From an uncultured Microthrixaceae bacterium (lineage in GTDB: Bacteria > Actinomycetota > Acidimicrobiia > Acidimicrobiales > DATDAH01), in the NCBI GenBank assembly GCA_963725155.1, contig CAVRXU010000002.1:300506-364505 (forward strand): a DNA stretch of 64,000 bases, given 5' to 3'. Each line of letters begins with the position of its first letter. Position 1 is the first letter of the stretch. The notes under the pieces are model-generated. The model worked only from the letters and a program-made list of their open reading frames with translations. It was not told where the DNA came from and searched no databases. Shown here piece by piece: positions 1-8,817 of this stretch. The translations under genes and the position numbers were made by a program.

Positions 1-1053
1 ATAGCCCAGCCATCCGAAGAGGTCGATGTTGTCCCAGCCCTCCTTGTTGTCGCCGCGAGGGGGGTAGTAGTTGATCCGGACCTTGTGGTAGGCGTCGCCG
101 TAGAGCTGCGGGAACCGATCGGGTTCGAGCACGTCCTCCAGCACCCCGAGCTTGGAGACCTCCTTGGTCTTGAAGTTCTCGGGATCGTCGAGGACCTCAC
201 CGTCCCGGTTGCCGAGGATGTTGGTCGAGAACCAGCCGCTGAGGCCGAGCATGCGGGCCTTGAGCATGGGGGCCAGGACCGTCTTCAGCAGGGTCTGGCC
301 GGTCTTGAAGTCCTTCCCGGAGATCGGGACGCCGTGCTCCTCGGCGTAGCTGCGCAGCACCGGCGTGTCGACGGCCAGGTTGGGGGCGCCGTTGGCGAAG
401 GGCACGCCCTCCTGCAGGGCGGCGTAGGCGTAGAGCATCGACGGGGCGATGGTCGGGTCCTCGGCGTCGATGGCGGCCTCGAAGGCGTCCAGGTCGGCGT
501 GGGCGGGGCCGTTCTCGATGAAGATCTCCGTGGAGCCGGCCCAGATCATCACCAGCCGGTCACAGAGGTGCTCGTCCTTGAAGGCCTGGATGTCGGCCCG
601 GATCTGGTTGAGCATGGCCCGCTTGGACGTGTCGACCATCACGTTGGTGCCCTCGAGGCGCTTCACGTAGTTGGGGTCGAAGGCCGCCGGCATCGGGCGG
701 ATGGCGCGGAGGGTGTCGGCGATGCCCTCCAGGTGTCGACCCTGATCGAGCACGCCGGCCCGGCTGGCGGCGGTGTAGGCGTCGTCGGGATACGGGTCCC
801 AGGCGCCCCACACGATCTGATCGAGAGAGGCCAGGGGGACGAAGTCCTGGATGCGGGGAACGGTGCCGTTGGTGCGCTTGCCGATGCGGATGGTGCCGAG
901 TTGGGTGAGCGAGCCGACCGGGTCGGCTTCGCCCCGCTTGGTCAGCTCCACGCCGGCGATGAGGGTGGTGGTGACGGCGCCGAGGCCGACGCAGAGGATG
1001 CCGAGCGTGCCCTCGGCGGGGGCGACGGTGGGCGAGGCAGGCGTTTCGGACAT
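1..1053 (-). CDS. ino1: myo-inositol-1-phosphate (inositol-3-phosphate) synthase; 3' end runs off the window
   Basis: Own translation of the minus strand from ATG at 1053: MSETPASPTVAPAEGTLGILCVGLGAVTTTLIAG...KVRINYYPPRGDNKEGWDNIDLFGWLGY, open to position 1. Matches the bacterial Ino1 family. The + ORF 85..1074 is its antisense shadow. Confidence 0.85.
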   Translation of the reverse strand, partial: MSETPASPTVAPAEGTLGILCVGLGAVTTTLIAGVELTKRGEADPVGSLTQLGTIRIGKRTNGTVPRIQDFVPLASLDQIVWGAWDPYPDDAYTAASRAGVLDQGRHLEGIADTLRAIRPMPAAFDPNYVKRLEGTNVMVDTSKRAMLNQIRADIQAFKDEHLCDRLVMIWAGSTEIFIENGPAHADLDAFEAAIDAEDPTIAPSMLYAYAALQEGVPFANGAPNLAVDTPVLRSYAEEHGVPISGKDFKTGQTLLKTVLAPMLKARMLGLSGWFSTNILGNRDGEVLDDPENFKTKEVSKLGVLEDVLEPDRFPQLYGDAYHKVRINYYPPRGDNKEGWDNIDLFGWLGY

Positions 1054-1080
1054 GGGCAAGACCCTAAGCGATGACGGATG

Positions 1081-1095
1081 ATCACGATGGCCGAT
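1081..1095. promoter_or_regulatory. candidate LysR-type box (ATC-N9-GAT) in the divergent ino1/LysR spacer
   Basis: ATCacgatggccGAT sits in the 72-bp spacer. It is flanked by inverted ACCCTAA (1061-1067) and TTAGGGT (1113-1119). Confidence 0.3.
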
Positions 1096-1125
1096 GAAGG
1101 AAGACTGAATGGTTAGGGTTCCGCG

Positions 1126-2010
1126 GTGAACGATGTCCGGCCGGTGCTGCCCAATCTCACCGTGCAGCAGTTGGAGTACCTGGTTGCCGCAGCCCGGGAG
1201 CCGACGTTCACCAGGGCGGCCGAGGCCGTCGGTGTGTCACCCTCCGCCCTGTCCCAGGGTCTGGCCGAGCTCGAGCGCCGGGTTGGCGTCACCCTGTTCG
1301 CGCCGGCCGGCCGAGGGCGCGTGCTCGCTCCTGAGGCCGTCGAGGTCGTGCGCTACGCCGAGCGGATGCTGGCCGACACCGAGGAGCTGGCTCGCTGGGT
1401 GGTGGGGCGTCGGACGGGTCGATCCGGCCCGCTGCGGGTGGGGCTCATCGACGTCGCTGCGGTGGACCACTTCTCCGAGCCCCTGCGGGCGTTCCGCCGG
1501 GAGCGTCCGGAGGTGGAGCTACGCCTGACGGTCGCGCCGTCGGGCGAGGTGCTCGACCTGCTGGCCCGCGGCGCACTGGATCTGGCGGTGTGCGTGACGC
1601 CCGCGCCCGACGCCGCGCTGGCTGTCCAGCTGTTGAGAGACGAGCCCCTCGCCGTCTACGCCCCGGACGGGGTCCGCATCGGGCCGCCGGTGGGCTGGGG
1701 ACCGTGGGTCACCTTCCCAGCCGGCTCCCGGACGCGAGCGATCATCGCTGCGGCCCTGCGGGAGCGGGGGGCGCCATTCGAGGTCGTGGCCGAGTCGCAC
1801 CAGCCCGAGGTCCTGGCCGAGATGGTGCGCCTCGGCGTGGGGTGGACCGTTCTCCCGGTGATCCAGGCCGAACGGGGCGCCGACCCCTTGCGCCGGGCTG
1901 TTCGGGGCGACCTGGCGAGGCGCTCGCTGGCCGCGGTGCAACGCGCCGACCGCGCCCCCAGCCCCGCCGCCGACGCCCTCGTCGACCTCCTGTCCCGTTC
2001 GGGCGCCTGA
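1126..2010 (+). CDS. LysR family transcriptional regulator
   Basis: N-terminal HTH LTVQQLEYLVAAAREPTFTRAAEAVGVSPSALSQGLAELERRVGVTLF followed by a LysR substrate-binding region. GTG start. Confidence 0.9.
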   Translation: MNDVRPVLPNLTVQQLEYLVAAAREPTFTRAAEAVGVSPSALSQGLAELERRVGVTLFAPAGRGRVLAPEAVEVVRYAERMLADTEELARWVVGRRTGRSGPLRVGLIDVAAVDHFSEPLRAFRRERPEVELRLTVAPSGEVLDLLARGALDLAVCVTPAPDAALAVQLLRDEPLAVYAPDGVRIGPPVGWGPWVTFPAGSRTRAIIAAALRERGAPFEVVAESHQPEVLAEMVRLGVGWTVLPVIQAERGADPLRRAVRGDLARRSLAAVQRADRAPSPAADALVDLLSRSGA

Positions 2011-2050
2011 TTCGGTCTCCTGGATGGCCGCCGAATCAGGGTCCAGAACG
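1996..2050. repeat. palindromic REP-like element, copy A (imperfect)
   Basis: Arms cgttcgggcgcctgattcgg / ccgaatcagggtccagaacg lie between convergent genes. Same arm sequence as copies at 27307 and 60524. The LysR stop TGA lies inside the left arm. Confidence 0.6.
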
Positions 2051-2240
2051 AGGGTGCTTGAGCGCGGCGGCCACCGAACGCTCGATGTTGCGGGCGCGGG
2101 TGTCGGAGCGCTTCACCGATTCGATGGCGCGGACGTGTGATGTCCTCGAGTCGGTAGATCGTCGCCGTGAACGGCGGCGCGGTCCGCTGCGGCTTCGGCA
2201 TCCCCGCGACCGGCCCCGGCGTGTAGGTCGGCATCGGGCC

Positions 2241-3119
2241 TCAGAGGCGGGCTTGGAACAGCTTCTCGAAGGCGGCCTGGTCGCCCTGGTACGGCTCGCT
2301 GGGGCGCGGCCAGTGGACGACGACGTCGGTGGCACCAATGGCTTCGTAGCGGCCGAGCGCGTCCTCGAACTCGTCGACCGATCTGAGGCCGCTGTCCAGG
2401 TTGAGGCCGCTGAGCACGATGCGGTCGAGGGTCGCCGGGTCCCGGCCGACCGCCATGCAGGCTGACTCGAGCGCCTCGACCTGGCCGGCGACCGTGGCCA
2501 CCCCCTCGTCGACCGGAGCGGCACCTCCTTCCCGGTCCCGCTCGCCCACCGTGACCCAGGCCCGGCCGAGCTCGGCCGTGAGCCGCATGCCCCGGGGTCC
2601 GCCCGCGGCAATGGCGAATGGCAGGCGGGGCTGTTGGACACAGCCCGGCGCAGAGCGGGCCTCGAAGGCCGAATACCAACGACCCTCATGGGTGGTGACC
2701 GGCTGCCGGAGGAGGAGGTCGGTGAGGGTCACGAACTCGGTGAAGCGATCCGCCCGTTCCTTGGTCGACCAAGGCTCACGGGCGAGGGTGGTCGCATCCC
2801 AGCCGAAGCCGCCGGCGCCGATGCCGAGGGTGAAGCGTCCGGCCGAGAGGTCGTCGAGGGTGATGAGGTCCCGGGCGAACGGCACCGGGTGACGAAAGGT
2901 GGGGGAGGCCACCAGCGTCCCCAGCCGGATGGTGTCGGTGACGACGGACGCGGCGGCCAGCGTGGGCACCGCCCCGTGCCATGGGCCGTCCCGCAGACTG
3001 CGCCAGCTCAGGTGGTCATATGTCCAGGCGTGGTCGAAGCCCAGTTCCTCGGCCCGCCGCCACAGCCGTTCGGCCTCGGGCCAGGAGTGCTCCGGGAGGA
3101 TGACCACGCCGACCCGCAC
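2241..3119 (-). CDS. LLM class (luciferase-like) F420-dependent oxidoreductase
   Basis: VRVGVVILPEHSWPEAERLWRRAEELGFDHAWTYDHL...LSAGRFTLGIGAGG. I prefer the GTG at 3119, just after the upstream stop at 3124. The track ORF extends to 3170. Confidence 0.85.
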   Translation of the reverse strand: MRVGVVILPEHSWPEAERLWRRAEELGFDHAWTYDHLSWRSLRDGPWHGAVPTLAAASVVTDTIRLGTLVASPTFRHPVPFARDLITLDDLSAGRFTLGIGAGGFGWDATTLAREPWSTKERADRFTEFVTLTDLLLRQPVTTHEGRWYSAFEARSAPGCVQQPRLPFAIAAGGPRGMRLTAELGRAWVTVGERDREGGAAPVDEGVATVAGQVEALESACMAVGRDPATLDRIVLSGLNLDSGLRSVDEFEDALGRYEAIGATDVVVHWPRPSEPYQGDQAAFEKLFQARL

Positions 3120-3123
3120 GGCC

Positions 3124-4818
3124 TCAGGCGCTCCGGGCGAACTCGCGGAGGACCCGCCCCGGCCGGGCACCGGTGTGCCTGCCCTGCTCGGTCACGACCA
3201 CGCCGTTGACGAGGGTGGCGGCATACCCCTCGGCCCGCACGCAGAGCCGACCCTTGCCGCCGGGGAAGTCGTTGACGTAGGTCGGGTAGCCGACCTGCAG
3301 GCCCGCCGGGTCGAACACGTTCACATCCGCGTAGGCACCGACGGCGATGGTGCCTCGGTCGACCAGGCCAAGGGTGCCCGCCGCCTTCGCCGTCAATCGG
3401 TGGACGGCCTCGGGCAGCGAGAGCAGGCCCTCGTCGCGGCACCAGTGGGCCAGGAAGTGGGTCGGGGCGTCGGCATCGCAGATCTGGCCGGCATGGGCCC
3501 CGGCGTCACCCGCGCCCGGGTAGACGTGGTCGAGGGCCAGGAGTGGCCCGATGGCGGCCCGGTTGCGGTGGAAGAACCAGACGTTGAACAGCTCTCGGCC
3601 CTCGCTCTCGAGCAGCCGGTCGATGACCAGCTCGACGGGATGGACGCCGGCGTGCTCGGCGAGGTCGCCGACGGACTGACCGCCCGCGACGTCGTACTGC
3701 GGGAGGACCTCCTGACCCAGCGGATGGATGAACCGCGGGTCGTACAGCAGGCCCTTGCGCTTTCCCTCGTCGACGAGCGCGGCTCGGGTGGCGCCGTCCC
3801 GGAGGGCCTCGAGCCGGTCGTCCATCGTCGGCAGGGTCATCACCTCCCGCCAGCGTCCACCTTTGACCGGCGGGACCTGGGCCAGTCCCATGAGGCTGCC
3901 GGAAGGCCGGGTCATCGTGTACGCCGTGATCCGACCGGCCTCGGCTCGGGTACCGCCCAGGAACCCGTCCCAGAGCTCGACGGGACCGAGCCCGCCGGAC
4001 TCGTCGTTGCCCGGGCCGGCGGCGAAGAGCACGTCGCCGGCCCGCTCGGCCATGGCCCGCAGGAGCTGGAACTCGTTGCCCGCCCGCGTCTCGAAGTCCA
4101 GCACCGCCTGGAAGAGCCCACCGCCGGCGTCGTTCATGGCGTCGGCCAGCGCCAGGTGCTCGGCGTTCGAGGCGTACGTGCCGGGGACCGCCCGCCCGTC
4201 GGGGACGACGTGGATCAGGATGCGCGAAGTCGAATAGCCCACGGCGCCGCCGGCGATGGACTGGGTGACGATCTCCCGCATCCGGGCCAGTTCGTCGGCC
4301 GTCGGCTCCTCGTCGGTCAGCGACCGCTCGCCCATCACCTGGTAGCGGATGGCGCAGTGACCCACGAGGCCCACGATGTTGAGCACCGGGGACAGCCGCT
4401 GGATCGAGTCGAGGTACTGAGGGTGGGTCGTCCAGTCCCAGGGGATCCCCTCGAGGATGGCGTCGCGGGGGATGTCCTCGACGCTCTCCATCATCTCGGC
4501 CAGGTAGGCCTCGCTACCCGGGTCGACCGGAGCGAAGGACATGCCGCAGTTGCCGATCATCGCGGTGGTCACGCCGTGCCACGAGCTGGAAGTCATGAAC
4601 GGGTCCCAACCGACCTGGGCGTCGAAGTGGGTGTGGAGGTCGACGAAGCCGGGCGTCACGGTGAGGCCGCCGGCGTCGATCTCCCTCGTCGCCTCGGCCT
4701 CCGCGAGGTCACCGACGGCGGTGATGCGGTCGCCGTCGATCGCGACGTCCGCCCCGGTCGCCTCACTCCCGGAGCCGTCGACGACCGAACCGCCGCGGAT
4801 GATCAGATCGTGGGCCAT
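3124..4818 (-). CDS. amidohydrolase, N-acyl-D-amino-acid deacylase (D-aminoacylase) family
   Basis: MAHDLIIRGGSVVDGSGSEATGADVAIDGDRITAVGDL...GFVDLHTHFDAQ metal-binding motif. Start could also be 4833. Confidence 0.85.
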   Translation of the reverse strand: MAHDLIIRGGSVVDGSGSEATGADVAIDGDRITAVGDLAEAEATREIDAGGLTVTPGFVDLHTHFDAQVGWDPFMTSSSWHGVTTAMIGNCGMSFAPVDPGSEAYLAEMMESVEDIPRDAILEGIPWDWTTHPQYLDSIQRLSPVLNIVGLVGHCAIRYQVMGERSLTDEEPTADELARMREIVTQSIAGGAVGYSTSRILIHVVPDGRAVPGTYASNAEHLALADAMNDAGGGLFQAVLDFETRAGNEFQLLRAMAERAGDVLFAAGPGNDESGGLGPVELWDGFLGGTRAEAGRITAYTMTRPSGSLMGLAQVPPVKGGRWREVMTLPTMDDRLEALRDGATRAALVDEGKRKGLLYDPRFIHPLGQEVLPQYDVAGGQSVGDLAEHAGVHPVELVIDRLLESEGRELFNVWFFHRNRAAIGPLLALDHVYPGAGDAGAHAGQICDADAPTHFLAHWCRDEGLLSLPEAVHRLTAKAAGTLGLVDRGTIAVGAYADVNVFDPAGLQVGYPTYVNDFPGGKGRLCVRAEGYAATLVNGVVVTEQGRHTGARPGRVLREFARSA

Positions 4819-4878
4819 CCCGCAGTATCCCACCCGCGATCTGGGGCCAGGGGCGGGAGGTCGGGCTACGGGCGGGCG

Positions 4879-5343
4879 TCAGCGGTCGGGCGGTTCTCCG
4901 GCCGAAGCGAGGGCGGCATTGGAGTAGCGCGGATCGTCGGTGAGCTCGCGGCCGAACCAGTCCGGCGGGATGAAGTTGTCGGGATCCTGATCAGGCGGGA
5001 GCTCGACCTCGACCACCAGCAGGCCCTCGTGCCGGCCTCGATAGACGTCCACCTCGGCCGTGAGGCCATCGCCCAAGCGGACCCGGTGGCGGCCCTTCCC
5101 GAGGCGGCGGCCGACGGTCAGGGGCCAGAGGGCGTCGAACTGCTCCTCGTCGAGGGGGTTCTCGACCTCGGTGCGGTCGCGCCCGCGGCCGCCTTTGATC
5201 GTCAGGACGTGGTCGCCGCCGGCGTCCCGGATCCGCACCTCGACCTCGCCGTCGATCGCCAGGTACCCCTGGCGGATCTCGACGGCCGGGCCGATGTCGG
5301 CGGGAAGTGACCCGACCAGGAACTTCCTCTCCCGCTCGATCAC
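4879..5343 (-). CDS. CYTH domain protein (CyaB/ThTPase-like triphosphate tunnel enzyme)
   Basis: VIERERKFLVGSLPADIGPAVEIRQGYL...EVRIR...LTIKGGRGRDRTEVE..., with the typical ExExK start. GTG at 5343 overlaps the upstream stop as GTGA. The rest of track ORF 4879..5841 is out-of-frame CHAD sequence. Confidence 0.85.
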   Translation of the reverse strand: MIERERKFLVGSLPADIGPAVEIRQGYLAIDGEVEVRIRDAGGDHVLTIKGGRGRDRTEVENPLDEEQFDALWPLTVGRRLGKGRHRVRLGDGLTAEVDVYRGRHEGLLVVEVELPPDQDPDNFIPPDWFGRELTDDPRYSNAALASAGEPPDR

Positions 5344-6413
5344 CGCGGCAGGGCCCGGAGACTGCCAAGGAGGTCGTCCCGGCCCATCGTGGACCGACCG
5401 GGCACGGCGGCGGCGCGGGCGAGGCCGTAGAGCCTGCTCGAGCTCAGTTCGTCGAGCCCGTCCTCGGGTGGGGCGATCGTCGCGATCTCCCCGGCCGGCC
5501 GCTCGTCGCCGTACGTCTGCCAGACCTCCACGTACCGGGCGAGCCGGTCGACGAACGCCTTGGGTTTCTCTGCATAGAGCCGGGCGCCCAAGACCACGGC
5601 CCGGTGCTCGAGGTCGACCCGGCGCCGGCCAGCCAGCGCGACGACATCCTCCATCTGCTCGACGCCACCGAACGCGTCCGGATCGGTCCGCACCAGGTCG
5701 CAGAGCACGACCAGGTCGTGGTCGTCGCCCAACGTGTCGGCCAGCGCGTGCAGGGCGTCCGCGAACGAGTCCAGGATGCTCGGGGCCGCCGGGGCCAGGA
5801 GCTGGGCCTGGTGCCAGAGGTACTTGGCCGATTTTCGCCACTCGTGCAGGGCCTCGGGGGTGGGCTGTACGACGGCGTTCCGGAACCCTTGGCGGCCGTA
5901 TCGGTAGGTGGCGCGCAGGCCGGGTCCGATGGCACCGAAACCGTCGTCCAGCGACCAGTCGTCGATCTGGTCCCGGACGGATCCAAGGATGGCGGCCGCC
6001 TCCACGATCGCGGCGTCGTCGGCCGCGATCGCGGCCGTCGCCGCTCGGGCCCGCCGAGCGAGTCCGGCCCGGACGCCGAAGAGGTCGGCGGCCCGCTCCT
6101 CATCAGTCCCGGAGGTGAGGGCGTCGAAGGTCCCGAGAAGGGCATGGGCGTCCCGGATCGGGGCGAGGAGTCGACCGACGTCGCGTACGGCGATGTTGGC
6201 CGATCGGTAGTCCGTCCCCAAGCCGGGGCGCACGAGGCGGAGGACAGCCCTGACCCGCTTTCCCCGCTTGCGCGCGCCGTGCACAACCTTTCGCAAGTCC
6301 TCGCCGTCGTCATTGCGGCTCTCGAGGGCGTCGATGGCCTTGGTGAGCTGGTGCCGCACGATGCGCTTGACGCCGTCCTGGAAGGGCTCCCCAGATCTGA
6401 ACGCGAAGGACAA
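5340..6413 (-). CDS. CHAD domain protein with a C-terminal Rho_N/SAP-like tail
   Basis: FRSGEPFQDGVKRIVRHQLTKAIDAL...VHGARKRGKRVRAVLRLVRP...HEWRKSAKYLWH (CHAD helices). C-terminus LDELSSSRLYGLARAAAVPGRSTMGRDDLLGSL. TTG is the first possible start, after an in-frame TGA. Confidence 0.8.
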   Translation of the reverse strand: MSFAFRSGEPFQDGVKRIVRHQLTKAIDALESRNDDGEDLRKVVHGARKRGKRVRAVLRLVRPGLGTDYRSANIAVRDVGRLLAPIRDAHALLGTFDALTSGTDEERAADLFGVRAGLARRARAATAAIAADDAAIVEAAAILGSVRDQIDDWSLDDGFGAIGPGLRATYRYGRQGFRNAVVQPTPEALHEWRKSAKYLWHQAQLLAPAAPSILDSFADALHALADTLGDDHDLVVLCDLVRTDPDAFGGVEQMEDVVALAGRRRVDLEHRAVVLGARLYAEKPKAFVDRLARYVEVWQTYGDERPAGEIATIAPPEDGLDELSSSRLYGLARAAAVPGRSTMGRDDLLGSLRALPR

Positions 6414-6486
6414 GGATCAATGACTATCGCGAATGAAACGGTCCGCCACCTTCTGAGCCATCCCCCCACGCCCTACCTTTCAGCCG

Positions 6487-6996
6487 ATGACTTGGCGGAG
6501 GACCCTCGGGCTCGTGCTCGCCGCGACGGTGCTTGCCGGTTGCGGAGGCGACGACGGTGGGCCCGAGCCGCCGGCCACGGCGGAGGGTGGTCCTCCGTTC
6601 AGCGTGGAGGAGGTAAGTGCCGCCTTCGAGGCCGCCGCCGGCGTGGCGTTCAGCGAGCAGACCTCGTTGGTCGACGGCGCTGTGGCCCTGTCGGCCGGCC
6701 CGCTCCCGGTCGACAGCCCCGAACTGCGGGCCTACAACGACGCCCTCGGCGAGAGCTCGGTCCTCTTCGAGGTCTACGTCTTCGAGGGCGACGACCCGCC
6801 CCTCTACACCGAAGCGGCCCAGGCCACCGCGTTCTCGTCGAGCACCTTCGAGGACATCGGTCGGGGCGTCTACCTCGGCGACTTCGACACCGCCTACTAC
6901 GCCAACGGCAATGTCGTCGTACGGGGCCCGTTGCTCAACGGGAACCCTGACGACGAGACCCTCGACGCCTGGCGTCAGGTCGTCGACAGCCTCTGA
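6487..6996 (+). CDS. hypothetical lipoprotein
   Basis: Signal peptide plus lipobox MTWRRTLGLVLAATVLAGCGGDDGG. No family recognised. Confidence 0.6.
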   Translation: MTWRRTLGLVLAATVLAGCGGDDGGPEPPATAEGGPPFSVEEVSAAFEAAAGVAFSEQTSLVDGAVALSAGPLPVDSPELRAYNDALGESSVLFEVYVFEGDDPPLYTEAAQATAFSSSTFEDIGRGVYLGDFDTAYYANGNVVVRGPLLNGNPDDETLDAWRQVVDSL

Positions 6997-7012
6997 GCGG
7001 AGGCGGGATGGA

Positions 7013-7102
7013 TGGCGGAGGGTGAGGGATTCGAACCCTCGGTGACCCGGAGGCCACAACGGCTTTCGAGGCCGCCCCATTCGTCCGCTCTGGCAACCCT
7101 CC
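7013..7102 (-). tRNA. tRNA-Ser (anticodon CGA), CCA encoded
   Basis: Reverse complement ggagggttgccagagcgg...ggcggcCTCGAAAgccgtt...long variable arm...gagggTTCGAATccctcaccctccgcca. Confidence 0.9.
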
Positions 7103-7162
7103 GCCGGCGAGGCTAGCGGCGCCCTGCCGGAGGTCCCGATCCGTTCCGGGGGAGGGCCGCGA

Positions 7163-7609
7163 TCAGCGGCGCTCGGCGAAGAAGGCCTGCAGCATCTCGG
7201 CGGACTGGTCGGCCAGGACCCCGTGGGTCACCTGCACCTCGTGGTTCAGACGGGGATCGGCACACAGGTTGTAGAGCGAGCCCGTAGCCCCGGCCTTGGG
7301 GTCGGCGGCTCCGTACACGAGGTGATCGACCCGGGCCGCCCACAGGGCTCCAGCGCACATCGGGCAGGGCTCGAGGGTCACGACCAGCGTGAGGCCGTCG
7401 AGTCGCCAGTGGCCGCGAGCAGCTGCCGCGTCCCGCAGGCACAACACCTCGGCGTGCGCAGTGGGATCGCCGGTCAGCTCCCGCTCGTTGTGGCGCCGGG
7501 CCACGACCGCGCCGTCGACCAAGGCCACCGCCCCGATGGGCACATCCCCGTGGCTCGCGGCCGTGGTGGCCTCCTCGAGGGCGAGGCGCATGGCCGCTTC
7601 GTGATCCAC
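7163..7609 (-). CDS. tadA: tRNA adenosine(34) deaminase
   Basis: HAEVLCL...LEPCPMCAGALWAARVDHLVYGAADPKAGA zinc-deaminase motifs. GTG at 7609 (or ATG at 7591) lies downstream of the neighbouring stop at 7621. Confidence 0.9.
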   Translation of the reverse strand: MDHEAAMRLALEEATTAASHGDVPIGAVALVDGAVVARRHNERELTGDPTAHAEVLCLRDAAAARGHWRLDGLTLVVTLEPCPMCAGALWAARVDHLVYGAADPKAGATGSLYNLCADPRLNHEVQVTHGVLADQSAEMLQAFFAERR

Positions 7610-7620
7610 GGTGGCCCCGC

Positions 7621-8676
7621 TCAGGCGATGACCTGGACGGGCACGCCCAGGCCGGTGGTGACCGAGGGCGAGTCCGACTGCGGGCCCGATGCCTCGGGGA
7701 GGAGCCCGGCCAGCCGGATGACGTTGCTGTCCTCGAGGCGGATGCACCCGTTGCTGACGTCGGTGCCGATCGTGCCCGGGTCGTTCGTGCCGTGGATGCC
7801 GATGTCGCCGGGCCCGCCGTTGAAGGTCTCGTGGACCTCGGAGAAGCCGGACAACCCGAAGGCATAGGTCCCGTAGGCCGAGTCGGTGGACGCGATGAGC
7901 GAGCGGATGTAGAAGGCACCGCCCGGTGTGGGCGTGTTCGTCGTTCCCACGCCGATGGGCGCGGCCAGGACCCGCTGACGCCCGTTGAACACCCGGAGCT
8001 GGTGCGCCCCGAGGTGGACCTCGATGTGGAACTGGTTGGCCGTCAGGGTCACGTCGCCGCGCCGGACCCAGCCTTCGGTGCCGTTGGGCCGGACCGGCAG
8101 CAGGACGTTGACCCAGTCCGCCGTCGGGTCGACCGGGCCATTGGCCAGGAAGACGACCGGGCCGACGTTCAGGCCCTCGGCCGACTTGGGGTTCTCGATG
8201 GTGGAGCTCGGCTGTCGGGCGTCCGGCTCGGCGAACACGTCCACGGTGCCCCCGCCGCCGCCGGACGGGTCGACGTCGGTGCCGTTGCCGATGGCAACGA
8301 TGTTGACCTGCTCGACCCGCACGTCGTCGGCCTTCACCCAGCCGGTCGAACCGTCGGCCAGCGCCACCTCGTGGTAGCCGGGCTCGGCCTCGTAGGGGGC
8401 CTGGACGATGAAGCCGTCGACGGCCAGGCCGGCGGTGGGGGCCTCCGCGGTGGGCGGCCGGACCGAATCTCGGGGCTCGGCGTCGGCGGGATCGGCGTAC
8501 ACGTCGACCGGGTTGTCGGACCGGGCCACGTAGGTGAGCTCCGGGTCGAGGTGGCGGACGGTCAGGTTCCCGCGCGCCTCGACGGGATCGCCCATCACGG
8601 GGCGCTCGCCACCTGAGCAGGCGCCGGCCACCAGCGTCAGGCCGAGGGCGGCGGCGACGCGGAACAGGCGGCCCAT
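7621..8676 (-). CDS. L,D-transpeptidase (YkuD) lipoprotein
   Basis: MGRLFRVAAALGLTLVAGACSGG lipobox. C-terminal YkuD catalytic region IGIHGTNDPGTIGTDVSNGCIRL. Only the last 351 codons of track ORF 7621..9780 are used. Confidence 0.85.
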   Translation of the reverse strand: MGRLFRVAAALGLTLVAGACSGGERPVMGDPVEARGNLTVRHLDPELTYVARSDNPVDVYADPADAEPRDSVRPPTAEAPTAGLAVDGFIVQAPYEAEPGYHEVALADGSTGWVKADDVRVEQVNIVAIGNGTDVDPSGGGGGTVDVFAEPDARQPSSTIENPKSAEGLNVGPVVFLANGPVDPTADWVNVLLPVRPNGTEGWVRRGDVTLTANQFHIEVHLGAHQLRVFNGRQRVLAAPIGVGTTNTPTPGGAFYIRSLIASTDSAYGTYAFGLSGFSEVHETFNGGPGDIGIHGTNDPGTIGTDVSNGCIRLEDSNVIRLAGLLPEASGPQSDSPSVTTGLGVPVQVIA

Positions 8677-8817
8677 CACGGCGGGCAGGGTACCGACGGG
8701 CCCGGCCTCGGGACGGTCGGGCCGTTCGGGCACCGGCGTGTCCGGATCACGTAGGTCGTCTGACCCTTTGTCCCCCAGGCGCTTCAGGCCCGTACTGCGG
8801 AGGACGACGGGAACCTT

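Noticed and set aside
85-1074. 329-aa + strand ORF
   Set aside because: It is the antisense shadow of ino1. Its composition (G/V/E/D/H-rich) is typical of reverse-frame ORFs in high-GC DNA, and the minus strand gives a clean Ino1 protein.
2899-5310. 803-aa + strand ORF, the longest in the track
   Set aside because: It lies antisense to the LLM, amidohydrolase and CYTH genes, all of which have clear family motifs. There are no recognisable motifs in this frame.
5307-6950. 547-aa + strand ORF
   Set aside because: It is antisense to the CHAD gene and out of frame with the lipoprotein gene. It is Arg/Gly-rich and low in complexity.
8677-8817. c-di-AMP (ydaO-type) or other riboswitch in the L,D-transpeptidase leader
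   Set aside because: The spacer does not contain the conserved ydaO core segments as I remember them. I cannot support the call without a covariance-model scan.
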